Source: Candidatus Obscuribacterales bacterium
GTDB taxonomy: Bacteria; Cyanobacteriota; Vampirovibrionia; Obscuribacterales; Obscuribacteraceae
Direction of reading: 5' to 3'
Assembly: GCA_041675385.1 (NCBI GenBank)
Contig: JBAYTY010000009.1
Span: forward strand, 14,237-78,236
Length of the DNA: 64,000 nt
Of the stretch, positions 62,907-64,000 are shown one piece after another. The translations under genes and the position numbers were made by a program. The notes beneath the pieces are model-generated. The model worked only from the letters and a program-made list of their open reading frames with translations, ran no database searches and was not told the origin of the DNA. The first letter of the stretch is position 1. Each line of letters opens with the position of its first letter.

Positions 62907-64000
62907 TTAGTGTGACTCACCTGGTGGATTGCCTGGTGGGATTGGCGGTGGTGGGCAGTTTGGCAGTGGTGAGGTGAATTGCCATTGCGATACTTCCGAG
63001 TCACACGCCTTTGCTGAACCATCAGGGTTAGTTTGGCCTTGGGCTCGTGAGCAATCGAGCACATTGCCTTCTGATTCAGGATCCCCTGCTTTTGGCGGTT
63101 TGCGACAGTCAGCTTGAGTAGAGTAGGCATTATTACGTGCCATTACCGACCAGTTGATTGTGCAGGGATTGCTTGAGGTAGGCGGTTCTTGATAGACATT
63201 TAGAGCTTGATAGTTGAGCTGTCCTCTCAAGATTGATTGCGGGTTACTTGTAGCGTTGGGCCCGTTGTTGGCCGTGCTCACTAGAACCATTCCGTCTCCG
63301 GCAGTTGAGTCGCCACGAACGATCAGGCGGAAGTTGCGGGTTAGAGATGACGGCACCACGCTTTGCGCGTAGACCGGCTGGAAAATACCGCTAACATCAG
63401 ACATCGCTATATTTATGTTGGGGGGAACGGTGCCGCCAACAATATACATGCCTGTGTCTACCCAGTTCTTTGAACCGCGAGCATTGCTGACTTGACCGGT
63501 TGGTACAGCAGCTGTACCTTCAATGCCAGCGTCGGTGGCTGCCGTTTTGGGGGTGAAGAAAGGAATGTTGCGGGCGAGCATGAAGTCGCCAGCTTTGTTT
63601 TTCTTTGTACCCATGGCAGTTACAGACAGCAGGTTATTGACGATGGTATCAGTAACCCGTACACCCATCTTGCCGTTGTTCGCCGCAATAGTCGCTCTGT
63701 CGACCACTGCCTGGTATTTGTTTACCTCAGCTTGGGCGGCGTCAACTTCTACTTGTGCAGCTTGCACTTGGGAGTCGCTAGTGTCGTTGTTAGCATTTTG
63801 CATCGCCTGTGTCAGGGCTGCTTGAGCTCTAGTCAGACGTGCCTGTGCTTGAGCCAACAGGGGCCGGTACTTGGTTAGAACTCTTTGAGCAGAAGCATCA
63901 GTATCGTTAGAAATGCGCTTTGTCTCCAGAAGTTCAGTCTCAAGATCGTACAAGTCTTTCACAGGGTTGCCATCAGTAGTGGTGGCGTTGCCTTGCTTGT
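62907..64000 (-). CDS. Large protein, N-terminus off-window; coiled-coil region, then Cys-containing domain and Pro-rich C-terminus
   Basis: The frame stays open to the window end, so the track Met is a GTG inside the frame (..KQGNATTTDGNPVKDLYDL..). The C-terminus reads ..NCPPPPIPPGNPPGESH. Confidence 0.65.
   Translation of the reverse strand, partial: KQGNATTTDGNPVKDLYDLETELLETKRISNDTDASAQRVLTKYRPLLAQAQARLTRAQAALTQAMQNANNDTSDSQVQAAQVEVDAAQAEVNKYQAVVDRATIAANNGKMGVRVTDTIVNNLLSVTAMGTKKNKAGDFMLARNIPFFTPKTAATDAGIEGTAAVPTGQVSNARGSKNWVDTGMYIVGGTVPPNINIAMSDVSGIFQPVYAQSVVPSSLTRNFRLIVRGDSTAGDGMVLVSTANNGPNATSNPQSILRGQLNYQALNVYQEPPTSSNPCTINWSVMARNNAYSTQADCRKPPKAGDPESEGNVLDCSRAQGQTNPDGSAKACDSEVSQWQFTSPLPNCPPPPIPPGNPPGESH

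Overview
This is 64 kb of a moderate-GC bacterial chromosome. It shows Gram-negative-type features (lipobox lipoproteins, a TonB C-terminal domain), but the taxon cannot be assigned from sequence alone.

**1-20.5 kb: accessory island.**
- A pile-up of mobile elements opens the window. It contains a three-gene tyrosine recombinase trio (RIT-like), and the third gene is missing from the supplied ORF track because it runs off the window edge.
- The trio abuts an internal fragment of an IS21 istA transposase, a 337-bp IS21-type miniature element, and a group II intron with its RT/maturase, inserted antisense into a small membrane-protein gene.
- Next comes a same-strand locus: lipoprotein, 718-aa beta-helix-like protein, 89-aa single-YD-repeat protein, and a roughly 1992-aa RHS protein.
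- The RHS protein has an N-terminal transglutaminase-like domain. Its C-terminal payload is unusual: a hydrophobic, lipobox-like helix followed by GDxNQGT repeats, with no recognisable enzyme.
- The island ends with a convergent CPBP/Abi protease-like gene, a serine resolvase with res-like repeats, an SMI1/KNR4 (SUKH) protein, and an HTH antitoxin beside a decayed RelE/Gp49-like toxin.

**20.7-34 kb: mostly core-like genes.** These are a SWIM-SNF2 helicase, an MFS transporter, trxB, a beta-carbonic anhydrase, a caspase-TPR-TonB_C fusion and a DUF2156 protein.

**34.5-44.6 kb: long co-directional minus-strand run.** It contains mostly unknown small proteins interleaved with an isochorismatase-like hydrolase, cdd, an 11-Cys peptide, folA, an S41 peptidase and a PD-(D/E)XK-like nuclease, followed by three helical proteins.

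**44.7-64 kb.** This stretch holds an S1 protein, two paralogous histidine kinases, two OmpR-type regulators, paralogous esterases around a flavoprotein, a Rieske oxygenase and a methyltransferase.

**Recurrent unexplained pattern.** Short tandem direct repeats (11-18 bp, 2-5 copies) sit just upstream of many start codons.

No rRNA, tRNA or CRISPR array was seen.
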